Positions 24,145 to 36,474 of a DNA stretch of 41,815 nt are shown here, piece after piece. This stretch comes from Chiloscyllium plagiosum (taxonomy: Eukaryota): the NCBI RefSeq assembly GCF_004010195.1, contig NC_057750.1:10175084-10216898 (forward strand). The letters run 5' to 3'. Below the pieces are notes generated by a model. It did no database searches. It saw only the letters and a list, made by a program, of their open reading frames with translations, and was not told where the DNA came from. The position numbers and the translations under genes were made by a program. Position 1 is the first letter of the stretch. Each line of letters starts with the position of its first letter.

Positions 24145-24520
24145 AGCAATGGCCTCATGGTATTATCGCTAGATGATTAATCCAGAAAACTTGGCTAAAT
24201 GTCCTGGGAACCCGGGTTCGAATGACACAATGGTGGAATTTGAATTTGATGAAAGAAAGGAACTGGAATTGAAAATCTACGGATGACCATGGAACCACTG
24301 CTGATTGTCAGGAATCTGGCTCACTAATTTGTCCTTCAGAGAAGGAATCTATCGTCCTTACCAGGTCTGGCCCACATGTGACTCCAGGCCCACAACAATG
24401 TTACTCTCATCTGCCCTATGAAACGGCCTAGCAAAGCCATTCAGTTCAAGGGCAAATGGGACAGGCAATAATTGCAGGCCAGCTAGCAAGGCCCACATCC
24501 CACAAGCGAATTTAAAAACA
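24145..24520 (+). mobile_element. tRNA-derived SINE (DeuSINE/SacSINE-like), near full length
   Basis: ccgggttcgaat B-box, shared core and cccacatccca tail; colinear with 38810-39190. Confidence 0.75.
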
Positions 24521-24982
24521 AATCCCATTTAAAAGAATAAATATTCAAAGAACAGCTGTAGATATCCAATGCACTCAGCATCCTTTCACCAAACAACCCA
24601 AACTCAAAGAGACTAAAACAAAGTGCAAGTATGTTATGGCACAAAATAATGAGAATGCATGCCCATGGCAACAAAGCCATCAGCACCCCATCACTTAAAA
24701 GTACAACACAGTTCCACAAATACCTGCAGATCTCTAACACCTTATCTAATTAAGACGATAGGCTGTTCCACCAAGACTTCACCATATGCACCTATTCAGA
24801 TGGCTCACATTTACTTCCACGTGAGAAAAGGGTTGGAATTCTGAAGGGCACTCACCAACTCATAACACTAGCCCAAGTATTTGTCAGAGCAGCACAGACC
24901 TCTCGAAATCCTGCAGAATCCCAGACACAGCAGGTTCTGTGGGAAGTGCCCGGTAAACTTGCAGGTGGCATCTGGTTAAAGC

Positions 24983-25105
24983 GTGGGTTGGTACCTGGGA
25001 CTTCGATGTTGTGGCTATTACGGAGACATGGCTAGAACAGGGACAGGATTGGCTGTTGCAGGTTCCAGGATTTAAATGTTTTAGTAGGGTCAGAGGTGGG
25101 GGTAA
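24983..25105 (+). mobile_element. Young CR1 AP-endonuclease fragment (5' part of a split element)
   Basis: WVGTWDFDVVAITETWLEQGQDWLLQVPGFKCFSR; CpGs retained. Confidence 0.85.
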
Positions 25106-25829
25106 CCCATATTCATTTGTATAAGTGAGTGACAGAAATGACGTTAACATAAAACAAAGATTTCTGGATTCTGCAGATCTGAAACAAACAAAAGCACAAA
25201 TAGTTGGAGAAACTCAACAGATCTGGCAGCACCTGTGGAGAAACAATAGAACTAATATTTTGAATCTGGTGACTCTTCAGGAATTATTTTGTTGGAGAGA
25301 GTAAACCTGAATTCAACTAATTTCTCACAAGATGCCTTAACATAGTCCCAGGTGGAAAGTACATGTGTTTTTGCATTTTTGTGCTAGGTGGATGCAACTG
25401 GTGCTTTGTAGATATAAAAATAAGTTTGAAATATCAGTTTGTGGGATGGATAAATGACAGATGCAGCACCTATTCCCCACACTATCATGATTTTATGGTG
25501 GGGGTTGGGAAGCTGAGGAACATGAAGAAAGTCCTTCAAGTGTCAAGAGCTACCCAAGAGGAAACCTTGATACAGATCCATACCCACATCACTTGTTGCC
25601 ACCAGCATAATCTCATTTTAACTTTACATTCATTCAAACTAAACTGGAATAAATGGCTCTGAATTGTATCTTAAAGTAGCACCTGCTGCCCCTGAAATGA
25701 CCAGGTCAAACAAGCAAGTTCACACCAAAATGCCAGGGATGCTTGAGCCAATCCTTTAGATCTTCAGAACGGGATATCTCAGTCTGCAACTCAAATTGTG
25801 AATGTAAACCTACCCATTCAGGTGGATCA

Positions 25830-26335
25830 TGAAATCATACAACACAGAAAGAGACCTTTTGGTCCAACTCATCCATGTAGACCAGACGTTCAAATCTGAC
25901 CTAGTCCCATTTGCCACCATTTGGCTGGTATCCCTCTAGATCCTTCCTATTCATGTACATGTCCAGATGCCTTTTAAATGTGGTAATTGTACCAGCCTTC
26001 ACTAATTCCTCTGGCAGTTCCTTCCATACAGGCACTGTCCTCTGGATGAAAAAGTTACACCTCAGGTCCTTTTAAAATCTTTCCACTCTCACCTTAGACC
26101 TATGCCTTCTAATTTTGGACTCTCCTACCCGAGGAAAAAGATCTTTGCTATTCATCAAATGCATGCCCCTCATGATTTTATAAACTTTGATAAGGTCACT
26201 CCTCAGTCTTTAATGTTCCAGCGGAAAAAAGCCCCAGCCTATTCAACCTCTCCCTATAGCTCAAACCCTCCAGTACTAGCAACATCCTTGTAAACCTTTT
26301 CTGCACCCTCTCAAGTTTGATAACATCCTTCCTAT
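25830..26335 (-). mobile_element. CR1 LINE 3' fragment
   Basis: Reverse complement of KLERVQKRFTRML...tail. Confidence 0.8.
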
Positions 26336-26827
26336 AGAAGGTATGTTAATTAATTCAAGTATTCACAAATTTTAAAAGTTTGAATCCTGTTTTAAGTATC
26401 CTGACTTGAACTAAATGTTCTCTGCAGGCTGTGTAAATGTAAATTGGCATATGCTTCTTCACAGTAAAAACCAAAGATGCTTACAGCTAAGTACTTAAAA
26501 GGAGTAGTTTCTTTACGCATGAGGCTTGTTAACATACGGAACAGGCTACCAGCTCAAGCAATGTGTGCCAACTCACTTAAAATGATCTTATTGCAAATAG
26601 CTGCATGCCTGAGGTGTGAGGGAAGTGAACACAGTCTGTGCAAGAAAAAAAAAGTAAATGATTGAAGAGCAACATTGTTAGCCATATGGTTATAAGTTCC
26701 TAAACCTATCTCTGCACTTATTATTAGGCAAGTACAAGGTTACAGAGTCATTACATTTGAAAATAGCACAAACATGTTGGATTTTGTGCCACTTTGTTTT
26801 CTTCATTGTCTGCAACAGCGTTTATTG

Positions 26828-27200
26828 CCTATTCAAAGTTGTCCTGGAGAAGATGGTGGTGAGCTTCCTTGAACCATTGTGATTCATTAGGGAAAGTAGA
26901 CCCACAATATGATGTGGAGGGAGCTCCAGGATTTTTAACCAGTGACACTAAAGGAACAACATTATATTTCCAAGCCAGGATGGTGAATGTCTTGAAGGGA
27001 AACTTGCAGATGATGGTACTCGCATGCACTGGTCCTTCTAGACAGGAACGGCTGCGGATTTAGAAGATGGCGACTAAGGAGTCTTGGTGAATTTTTGCAA
27101 TGTATTTATAGATGGTACACACTGCTGCTACTTAGCTTTTGTAGTGGAGGGGGTGAATGCTGGTGGATGTGGTGCCAATCAACCAGCCTGTTTTATCCTG
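26828..27200 (-). mobile_element. Old LINE 3' tail fragment (family also at 7210-7600 and 7910-8220)
   Basis: Shared motifs tttattgcc...gaagatggtggtgagc...ttgaaggga-aacttgcag. Confidence 0.65.
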
Positions 27201-27471
27201 GAAAGGAGGGTTCTTGTGACATAGTGATCAGAAACATAGAAATATCAAATTTTACAGTACAGAAAGAAGCTATTTGACCCATTATGACTCTACTGGCTCC
27301 CAAAAGAACTGCGAATGGCTGTGAATGAATTTGTTCGGCTTCAATGGGAAATTATGCTTGATTAGCATTGATTACTTTTCTGGACAGCTTTAATTTAAAT
27401 AATTGTGTATTATATTATTAAAAATGTCAGTAAATATCAAGAGTTTCTTTTTCAGCTCATAGAATTTCATT

Positions 27472-28064
27472 TTATTGGCTTTTATTGGTAGAGGAATTGG
27501 GTTCCGGAGTCCTGAGGTCATGATGCAGTTGTATAAGACTCTGGTGCGGCCGCATCTGGAATATTGTGTGCAGTTTTGGTTGCCATACTATAGGAAGGAT
27601 GTGGAGGCACTGGAACGGGTGCAGAGGAGGTTTACCAGGATGTTGCCTGGTATGGAAGGAAGATCGTATGATGAAAGACTGAGACACTTGGGGCTGTTTT
27701 CATTAGAGAAAAGAAGGTTTAGGGGTGACTTGATTGAGGTGTACAAGATGATTAGGGGGTTAGATAGGGTTGACAGTGTGAACCTTTTCCCGCGTATGGA
27801 GTTGGGTATTACAAGGGGGCATAGCTTTAAATTAAGGGGGGGTAGATATAGGACTGAAGTTAGGGGTAGGTTCTTCACTCAGCGAGTCGTAAGTTCATGG
27901 AATGCCCTGCCAGCAGCAGTGGTGGACTCTCCCTCTTTATGGGCATTTAAGCGGGCATTGGATAGGTATATGGAGGATAGTGGGTTAGTATAGGTTAGGT
28001 GGGCTTGGATCGGCGCAACATCGAGGGCCAAAGGGCCTGTACTGCGCTGTATTCTTCTATGTTC
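27472..28064 (+). mobile_element. Young CR1 LINE 3' end with open 172-aa ORF2 C-terminus
   Basis: LYKTLVRPHLEYCVQFW...FFTQRVVSSWNALP uninterrupted; TTCTATGTTCT tail. Confidence 0.95.
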
Positions 28065-28277
28065 TAAAGCAATAGGATCGAGGGTGTGGTGCTGGAAAAG
28101 CACAGCAGGTCAGGCTCCACCCAAGGAGCAGGAGAATCGACGTTTCAGGCGTAATCCTGATGAAGGGCTTATGCCCGACACGTCGATTCTCCTGCTCCCT
28201 GGATGCTGCCTGACCTGTTGTACTTTTCCAGCACCACACCCTCGATCCTATTGCTTTAACCAGATGCCACCTGCAAG
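28065..28277. mobile_element. Palindromic Penelope-derived element with mutated hammerhead (28153-28188)
   Basis: 28065-28100 is the exact reverse complement of 28223-28258; AATC-CTGATGA-A-GGGC-TTAT-GCCC-GACA-CGTC-GATT. Confidence 0.88.
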
Positions 28278-28294
28278 CCCATGTTATCATCAAG

Positions 28295-28725
28295 ATTTAC
28301 AAGAATGTTGCCAGGGTTGGAGCTATAGAGAAAATCTGAATAGGCTGGGGCTGTTTTGCCTGGAGTGTCGCAGGATGAGGGGCGACCTTACAGAGGTTCA
28401 TAAAATCATGAGGAGCTTGCATAGGGTGAATAGACAAGGTCTTTTCCCCAGGGTAAGGGATCCCCAAAACTACAGGGTTTAAGGTGAGAGGGAGAAGATC
28501 TAAAAGGGACCTAAGGGGCAACCTTTCTGTGTATGTATGGAGTGAACTGCCAGAGGAAGTGGTAGAGGTGGGTACAATTATCTAGATAGGTATATGAATA
28601 GGGAAGGGTTCAGACGGATATGGACCAAATGCTGGCAAAAGGGACTAGATTAATTTTGGGTATCTGGCCGTCATGGACGAGTTGGCCCAAAGCGTCTGTT
28701 TCCGTGCTGTACATCTCTATGACTC
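28295..28725 (+). mobile_element. CR1 LINE 3' fragment
   Basis: LNRLGLFCLECRRMRGDLTEVHKIMR, tail ctctatgactcta. Confidence 0.85.
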
Positions 28726-30284
28726 TATTTACCCTTTCACAGTAGCTGTTTAAGTGTGCTGCTGGACATTTAAATTGCATAACAGAGCACACTGATTGCT
28801 GTAAAGTCTTCTTGGTTTGGCTTCCCTCAACTATCCTGCATTACAAAGGAGCTGTTAAATTTCAGGTATGCTCTGTATTTCTGGAAGAACTAGGATTGAA
28901 ATTCATAACTAGAAATACACAGCTCAGAAAAAAAACATGGAGCAGAGCAGCAATCCGATTGTGATTGCCAATGCTCGATATCTGGGTCACAAACTTGGAT
29001 TCCATGCTCACAAACCCTGCTGAGCGCTTGCATCAGAAACCATTAAAAACGTTTCAGTGTCTGCAATAGTTAGCCTTTTGCTCTCAGTGCCAGCATCTTA
29101 ATGGATTGTGTTAAAGGTTTCATGTAAGAATTCTGCTTACAATCAGGTAGTCAGTCAGATTACGACAACAGGAGTCCAATCCAACAGATGTTGGAAATGA
29201 AAATATATACCGGAAAGTGCAGCAGATCAGGCAGTGGCAGGTTTAGTCTCGTGTATCAGGCCAATGAATTATACTTGCTCTTTGCACAGTCAGGTGCAGC
29301 TTGAACCGCTCGCTGGTTTCTGTTCTCTGTCCAGTGAGTCCAACATTAGAGATGATCGGGAAATCAGAACTACTCCGAACCGCAGTAACACTACAGGCTG
29401 CACGAAAATCACTGCCGGTCCTTCCAGACAACGTGTGGGTTGCAGATCCCAACCAACCAAACCTCGTTATCCCAAGATAGTTAGAATAAGCAGCCCAAGC
29501 CCTTGATAATATGGAATTCTATCAGCAAACTACTACAAAACAATCTTGCATTAAACACAACAGTTTATTACCCTGGTCAGAAAACACCCCTGTCCATTTA
29601 TTGACTTTCAGTGGTTTATTACAACAAGGCATTATAATCATATTGTGAACACAAACCACAGCGAGATCAGTCGGTCAACCAGGGTTTTAGTGCAGTGTGA
29701 TGACAGGACTCCCCTTGCCCTTCCATTAGAGGCCAGGGATCTTTCTCACCTGTGTGAGGGGACATGTGGGGTCTCACTTTAAAGTCTCACGCAACGGACA
29801 GCCTATCTGGCATTGTGACTCTGCCTCAATACTGCACTGGCAGTGTCAACACGTGTACTGAACCACCTGAAGTTAAATCTTCGGATTGCTGAGCCACATC
29901 AAGGGGTGGGTGGGAGGTGTATGTGTGTGTCTGTGTGTGTCGAGTATGTTAGCATGCATCCAGTTCACACAGCACTACTACTCCAAATTGGAGCCATCAA
30001 AGAGTAGAATTGCAAGTTATTCAGGTGTCTCTCCCAGCAAACTGCACAGAACTACCAGGGTACCAGTCAAAACAACAACAGTTCTTCAGATAACCCAGTA
30101 GTTACAGCAAGTAAAATACATTTCTGCCGAGCCCAAACTATCTTTTCACAAAATAAAAGTGAAAACATCATAAAAGGTGAATTTTTGTTTTAAAAATCTG
30201 GAATCTGTGACATTTACATCTAAATATGCATGGCATGTTTTGTGGGAGGCAGTTACAGGTATGAGTGGTTGTCCTTCGATATGT

Positions 30285-30740
30285 AGTGCACAGTGGTGTA
30301 GTGGCAATGAAACAGTAGTAATCAAAACACCCACGTTAAAATGCTGGGGAATTTCAGTTCAAGTCCCACCGGGGCAGCTAATGAAACGAAAAAGAAGCTA
30401 GTCCTGGTAATGGAGGCCATGAGACCACTGTCATAAAAATCTGATTCACAAACGTCCTTTAGGGATCAAACGATGGTGTCTTTAACTAGTCTGGTCTACA
30501 TGGGACTCCAGATCCACAGTGACTGTAGTTAATTTTTAAACTGTGCTCAGAAATTGCACAGCAAGTCATTCAGGTCAGGGTCAATTAGGGATAGGCAACA
30601 CCAATAGCGGGGTAAAAAACAATGACTGCAGATGCCGGAAACCAGATTCTGGGTTAGTGGTGCTGGAAGAGCACAACAGTTCAGGCAGCATCCAAGAGTT
30701 ACCAATAGCACCCACGTCCCACGGAATAATGAAAAATATA
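30285..30740 (+). mobile_element. Decayed tRNA-SINE with nested Penelope-derived fragment (30609-30700, TSD ACCAATAGC)
   Basis: gttcaagtccc B-box; ACCAATAGC at 30600-30608 and 30701-30709. Confidence 0.7.
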
Positions 30741-30842
30741 GCCCCTTGAAACCATTCCATCATTCACTGAGATGAGAGCTGAACTCCAGTTTCTGACTCA
30801 TTCCCTCCACTAACACAAGGCCTTTATTTTGAAGATTCTTGG

Positions 30843-31802
30843 TTAAAGTAGTGGTGCCTGCTCAGCAGTGGCTTGAAGTGGCTGATTTGTGGCCGAGCAG
30901 GAAGAGGGAGCACTGGTCACCGATGCATAATTCCCAGAGCATTTCATTGTCTCCTGGAGCCTCAGCAGTGCCCGTGGGTCTCGGCTCTGGGCAGCGCTGC
31001 AGAAGAGCCGGACGTGCTCCTTCAGTTCATCAATCTGCTGCTGGGTGCCATTGTTCTGCCGGATGAGGTCCTTGGTTTTCAGCGTAATCTCCAGTAGCCC
31101 TGACCTACTCAGGATCTCCACCGTATTGCGGAAGCGCCGTTCCTTGGCAGGACTGGAGACTGGTCGCCTGGGGCCTCTGTCAGCCAGTCGGGTGGTGTCA
31201 CTACAGAGTGACTGGGCACTGGAAGCATGGGAAAATGTGGAGGCAGGGGAGGATGATGACGATGATGAATGCACAGATTCAGAGGATTCAGACTGGAGAA
31301 CAGGATTCGGAGAAACTACTGGTGATGGGGAGACGGAGTCATCAAACTGAGTGTAAAAGTGCGCTGGCCCAAAAGGGGGTGTCTGCTGCGTGTTCTCAGC
31401 TTGCTGGCAGTGGCCCACTGGTGGGACGTGCGAGGTTTGCTTGTTTCGGTGATATTCCTGCGGGGGTTCTCCCAACTCGTCCAGGCATAAACGTTTGCTC
31501 TTGCTGTGATCTGCAGTCCTGTCGTCCTGAGCCGGAGAGTTCCCTTCCTGACCCCGGCTACTGTTGTCATCCCGGCTTTTGTCTGGGTGAGGCGCTATCC
31601 TTGGGTAGGAGTTTAAGATCGGAAGATAGGTATCTTTCCCTGTCCCAGCCTTTGCCTCAATCTTCTGCGGTTTAAAAGAAGCTGCCAAAGGCTGTCCGAT
31701 GAAGACCACTCGGGTCTGGCCTGACGTCCCGAGGGAGTGCTGACTTCCCCAGGTCTGTAGCTGGGCTTGGACAAGCTGACTCCTTGTTGGAACGGACAGA
31801 GG
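30843..31802 (-). CDS. CIPC-like (CLOCK-interacting pacemaker family) last coding exon
   Basis: YLPILNSYPRIAPHP and KERRFRNTVEILSRSGLLEITLKTKDLIRQN...LKEHVRLF match CIPC motifs; acceptor ttttaaacag, 960 nt to TAA. Confidence 0.92.
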   Translation of the reverse strand, partial: PLSVPTRSQLVQAQLQTWGSQHSLGTSGQTRVVFIGQPLAASFKPQKIEAKAGTGKDTYLPILNSYPRIAPHPDKSRDDNSSRGQEGNSPAQDDRTADHSKSKRLCLDELGEPPQEYHRNKQTSHVPPVGHCQQAENTQQTPPFGPAHFYTQFDDSVSPSPVVSPNPVLQSESSESVHSSSSSSSPASTFSHASSAQSLCSDTTRLADRGPRRPVSSPAKERRFRNTVEILSRSGLLEITLKTKDLIRQNNGTQQQIDELKEHVRLFCSAAQSRDPRALLRLQETMKCSGNYASVTSAPSSCSATNQPLQATAEQAPLL

Positions 31803-33022
31803 CTGTTTAAAACATGGCAATGGGTAAAGCAGAATTAAGATCCAGTGATTTAAAGGAACTGCCATTCCCTGTAAGCATGCAACAAGCCTTCCATGCAACT
31901 ACTCCACGCGAGCACAAAATAAGCCCCTTTGCAGCCACTGCCTATGCGTCTCATTATTATTCAGTATAAGTACATTACAAGATAGCACACCTTTGGTATA
32001 ATAGAAATATTGCATCTGGGCATCACGTCACCATTCACACAACCATCCTGTCCATCCTGTCAGTGAACAAACACTGACTAACAATAGCAAGGTCAGGATT
32101 GCCAGCACAGTGGGCAGATGATGAGCAGTAATGGAAAGGTTTCTCTCATTCAGTACAATGCAAATAGCAAGTAACATAAAAACAGACAGAAAGAGCTTCT
32201 TTAAATATATAAAAAGTCAGAGGCAGAAGAAGTGAGCCCAAGCCCCTTAATAATTAAGGCTGGGGAAATAATAGTAGGGAATCAAGAAATGGCAGAAGAG
32301 TTGAACAAATACTTTGTATCAATCTGCATGGTAGAGGATACTAATAACATTCCAAAAGTACTAAACACTGAAAGTGGTAAAGGTCAGGGGAGAAAATAAA
32401 AAATATCACTGGAGCAAAAGTACTAGGGAAACTGATGGGGCTAAAGATGGTCATGTTTCTAATACTTTAATATAGTGGTTGTACTGGCAGTAATCATCCA
32501 AGAATCATTGGATTTTGGACAAGTCCCAGAGGATTACAAAATTGCCAATGTAATATCCTTATTCAAAAAAAAGGAGAGTCAATAAACAGCTAACTTATAG
32601 GCCAGTCAGCTTAGCATTTGTAATTTTCCCCAATGTCAAAGTTGATTATAAAGGATGTAATAGCATAGCATTTAGAAATGCAAAATATTACCAAGCAGTC
32701 AGGATAGCTTTATAAGGAGAAATCATGCCTGACAAATTTACGGTTCTTTGAAGTGGTAACATGCAGAATGGATCAAGGAAAACCAGTAGATGCAATATAT
32801 TTGCATTTCCAAAAGCCTTTCAATAAGGTGTTGTACACACTTAATAAGACAAAAGTCCATGGTCTGGAGTAGCATATTAGATTGGTAGAGGATGAAGACA
32901 GAAGATAAATGATAAAAGACTGAGAATTGGGAAAAAGGGGGCATTTTTAGCATGGCAAACTAGAATGAATGGAGTGGCACAGGAATCAGTACTGGGAACA
33001 CAATTATTTAGAATATATATTA

Positions 33023-33371
33023 CAGGTGCACAATCCTTTATCTGAAATTCTTGGGACCAGCTGGTTTTTGGAATTCAGTGTTTTTCGAATTTCAGAATAA
33101 GTGACAGTTTGATGGTGACGTTTTAAAAAATCTTACTGGAAGAGCATTTCCACTCAGAATTGAGAGAGAATTGAGGTCTGCTGATGCTGGGCCACCCCCC
33201 CCCCGCCCCCCAACATCACATCTGAGTGACACGCATCAAGTGAGTGTTGATTTGGGTTAACTGTTTGCACGCAAAACAACCTTGTTAATGAGAAAAAAAA
33301 CTTCACAAAAAACGTTTGGACTTTAGAGCTTTTCGGATTTCAGAATTTTGGACAAAGGGATTGTCTACCTG
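33023..33371. mobile_element. Tc1/mariner/pogo-type MITE
   Basis: TA-flanked; TIRs CAGGTGCACAATCCTTTATCTGAAATT vs (revcomp) CAGGTAGACAATCCCTTTGTCCAAAATT. Confidence 0.8.
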
Positions 33372-33569
33372 TACTGACTAAAGTTAATGCACTAACATCA
33401 AGTCTGGATGACAAAAAATATTCTTGGGAAGGCAAGTAGTAATGATAACAAGAGGGAGTACAGAGTGATATTTATAGGTAAGTGGGCAAAAAGCTGGTAG
33501 ATGGAATATAACATGGGGAAAATGTGTGATTAAGTATTTTAGCAGGAAATTTAAATGGAAAAAAACCCA

Positions 33570-33732
33570 AAGAACTACAGATGCTGGAAATCAGAAACAA
33601 AACCATAAATTGCTTGAAAAACATCTTTAGGAATGTTCTGAAAAAGGGTCACCGGACCTAAAACGTAAACTCTGTTTTCTCTCCACAGTGCTGCCAGACC
33701 TGCTGAGTTTTCCCAGCAAGTTCTGATTTTGT
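33570..33732. mobile_element. Penelope-derived partially palindromic element, degenerate hammerhead at 33635-33670
   Basis: GTT-CTGAAAA-A-GGGTC-ACCG-GACCT-AAAA-CGTA-AAC. Confidence 0.65.
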
Positions 33733-34701
33733 TTAAATAGAGAAAAACGCAGAAAGCTGTGGTGCAGAGAGATTTGGGGATACACATGCATGATTCACAA
33801 AAAAAAACATTCAATTCTATATCTCAAAGGGAATGGAGTACAAAAATAGGGGTGTCTTGCTAAAACTATTCAAGGTATTAACCAGACCACAGCTGAAATA
33901 CTGTCAACAGTTTTACGCCTCTTATTTAAGGAAAGACAGAGTGGCATTGGAAGTAGTCTAGAGAAGATTCACCAGGTTGATCAAAGGTTGAGTAGATTGA
34001 GTGTACACTCATTGGAATTTAGAGAATTGAGGTATGACTTTATTGAAACATGCAAGATTCTTAGGGGGCTTGATAGTGTGGATACAAAGATATTGTTTCC
34101 TTTTATCGGAGTGTCTGGAACCAGAGGACATAATCTTGAGTAAAGACTTGTCTGTCTAAGATCAAGCCAAGAAGTACGTGTTCTTTCAGGATGGTGAACA
34201 TGTTAGAATTCTTTACTTCTTTAAAAGGGCTGTTGCGGCTGGGTTAGTCAAGAGTATTCAAAGCTGCGATAGACAGATTTTTAGTGAATGAGAGACCAAG
34301 GGTCATGGGGATAAGGCAGAAAAGTGGAGTTGAGACTAGCCCTGATCTCATTGAATGACAGAGCAGATGTGATGGGCCAAATGGCCTGTTTCCACTCCTA
34401 CACCTTATAGTTTTATATACAGATTATTCACAGTGATTGCAAAAGTCCCTCTTCACCAGATCACTGCACAGACAGGAGTTCTGCAGCAGGAACAGTGATC
34501 AGCAGGACCAGTTGATCCTTCTTTTTCTACTTGCTACTAGAATGGACCCAGTGAGGCTCTCCATGAATCATGAACAAGTAGAGGTAAGGAGTCTAGGCCT
34601 GCACACGTCACACTTTGTGTCCTTATGTTTCTCCCCTAACTAATCCACATCTTAAAGAGGGTTTACTACAGGACATTGTGGAGCAGGGGGCGGGTCTGTA
34701 C

Positions 34702-34868
34702 CTCTTTAAGAAGAACATTCTTCACAATGTATACAGGAGTCAGGCTGGAAAGTGAGCTCTGTACAGCTGTTGTTCTCTCCATGTGGTTTGACACAGCTGG
34801 CCTCTTTTGCGAAGGTGGATCCTCCAAGTCGGTCTGTTCCAGTGTACTCAGATAGTCTGAACTCGTGT
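34702..34868 (-). CDS. CIPC-like middle coding exon (DTSSDYLSTLEQTDLED...LTPVYIVKNVLLKE)
   Basis: ccctcag acceptor, GTACAG donor, 167 nt; matches the CIPC DGSSECLSS.EQ and P..VMKNVLVKQ motifs. Confidence 0.9.
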
Positions 34869-35635
34869 CTGAGGGCAAAGCAGAGAGGAAGTGATGCATC
34901 CAAAGGTAATGCAAAGATAATACAAACTATCTTCAAACATGGACCATCAAATCATTACAACTTGGTGGAAATTAATGTACAAAATAATCTCTGCTTGCAC
35001 ATGACATAGCACAGAAACCGCTTCAGCCTACTGTACATGCGCTGGGTTTTTGAAAGAACTGAACATTTCGACCTATTTTCACCATAATCCTGCTTTTTTT
35101 CCCAATCAAATAGTTATCCAATTCTCTTTGAAAGTTGTAGTTTAATTTACTACTACCATTCTCTCGGGCAATACATTCTAGATCCTACCTTGCCAGTGAA
35201 AATAATTTATTTTAATTTCAACTTCATATTCAGACCTGATGTCATGAAGCTTTGATCATTTGAACTCCCAGGACAATGCCCAATTGTACAACTATTTCAT
35301 CTCTGGTCAGCCTGACCTCCCTTCAGTATGGTACATGCACATGAATGTTAATGGTACAGTTTGGGCATTATCTGTTAGGTATGATTCTATGAGTATATCA
35401 GGCTGTTGCTTGACCAGACTATGAGTCAGTTCTCCCAGTTATGATGCTAACTCCCAGGTGCAGGTCTGGAGGATTTTGCAAGGCCAGCATGGTGGAGTTT
35501 GCTGCAATTTCCAGTGTCGATGCTAGGTTGTCTATTCATATTCATTAGTTTGATATTATTAGTGGTTTTTATTGTAGCTTGCTAGGCAATTTCAAAGAGT
35601 AATCCATGTTTCTGTGGGTCTGAAGACACTTATAG

Positions 35636-35726
35636 ATGGAAATGTGTTGCTGGAAAAGCGCAGCAGGTCAGGCAGCATCTAGGGAACAGGAGAATCGACT
35701 TTTCGGGCATTAGCCCTTCTTCAGGA
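35636..35726 (-). mobile_element. Penelope-derived short element with 13-bp TSD and near-intact hammerhead core
   Basis: AAGACACTTATAG at 35623-35635 and 35727-35739; minus CTGAAGA-A-GGGC-TAAT-GCCC-GAAA-AGTC-GATT. Confidence 0.88.
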
Positions 35727-36281
35727 AAGACACTTATAGGCTAGACCAGAGCAGTTTTCCTTACCTAAGGAATATTAATTGCAGGTTTTTATTGAATTCC
35801 ATCATGTGCCATGATGGGATTTGAACCTGGATCCCCAGATCATTATCTGGACTCTCGCTTACTAGTCCAGCAAGAATACCACTACGTCATTGCAAACTTT
35901 TGCGCCTCTACACTAATATGGTTGATTCTTAACTGTCATTTGAAATTATCTGAAAAGGTACTGAACTTAGGTACACTTCAGGATGGGCAACAAATGTTGA
36001 CCTTGTCATTGATGCCCATAGGGTCATAGAGGTATACAGCATAAAAACAGGCCCTTCAGCCCAACGTGTCCATGCCAACCAGGTTTCCTACAGTAAACTA
36101 GTCTTATTTGCCTACATTTGGTCCATGTCCCTCTAAAACTTTCCAATCCATATGATTTTATAAACCTCTATAAAGGTTAATCTTTTCATCAATAAATTAA
36201 GAAAAAAAATCAGCATTACATCTAAGCCCACTCTACAAGTGTCCCTTTAAACAGTCTTCAACTTTGTCAGCTCATCATGAT

Positions 36282-36415
36282 GGAGAAAGTGAGGACTGCA
36301 GATGCTGGAGATCAGAGCTGAAAATGTGTTGCTGGAAAAGCGCAGCAGGTCAAACGTCGATTCTCCTGCTCCTTGGATGCTGCCTGACCTGCTGCACTTT
36401 TCCAGCAACACGTTT
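36282..36415. mobile_element. Palindromic Penelope-derived short element with 15-bp TSD
   Basis: TCAGCTCATCATGAT at 36267-36281 and 36416-36430; inverted arms. Confidence 0.88.
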
Positions 36416-36474
36416 TCAGCTCATCATGATATCAAACACAAAGCAGTAAGCAGTGCAAGGTGGAAACATGGGGA

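Larger units (their letters stand above)
32160..34405 (+). mobile_element. Decayed CR1 RT region with nested insertions
   Basis: EMAEELNKYFVS, YRPVSL, KSCLTNL, VDAIYLHFQKPFNKV, LTRPQLKYCQQF remnants. Confidence 0.85.

Noticed and set aside
24145..24240. tRNA-like A/B boxes here and at other SINE heads
   Set aside because: No cloverleaf; they continue into SINE bodies
30839..31675. Plus-strand ORFs (75-155 aa) antisense to the CIPC-like exon
   Set aside because: Shadow ORFs of a GC-rich coding exon; no splice or homology support
31803..31898. N-terminal 32 aa of the 351-aa ORF
   Set aside because: Intronic read-through upstream of the acceptor; the true N-terminus comes from exons at 34702-34868 and 38034-38232
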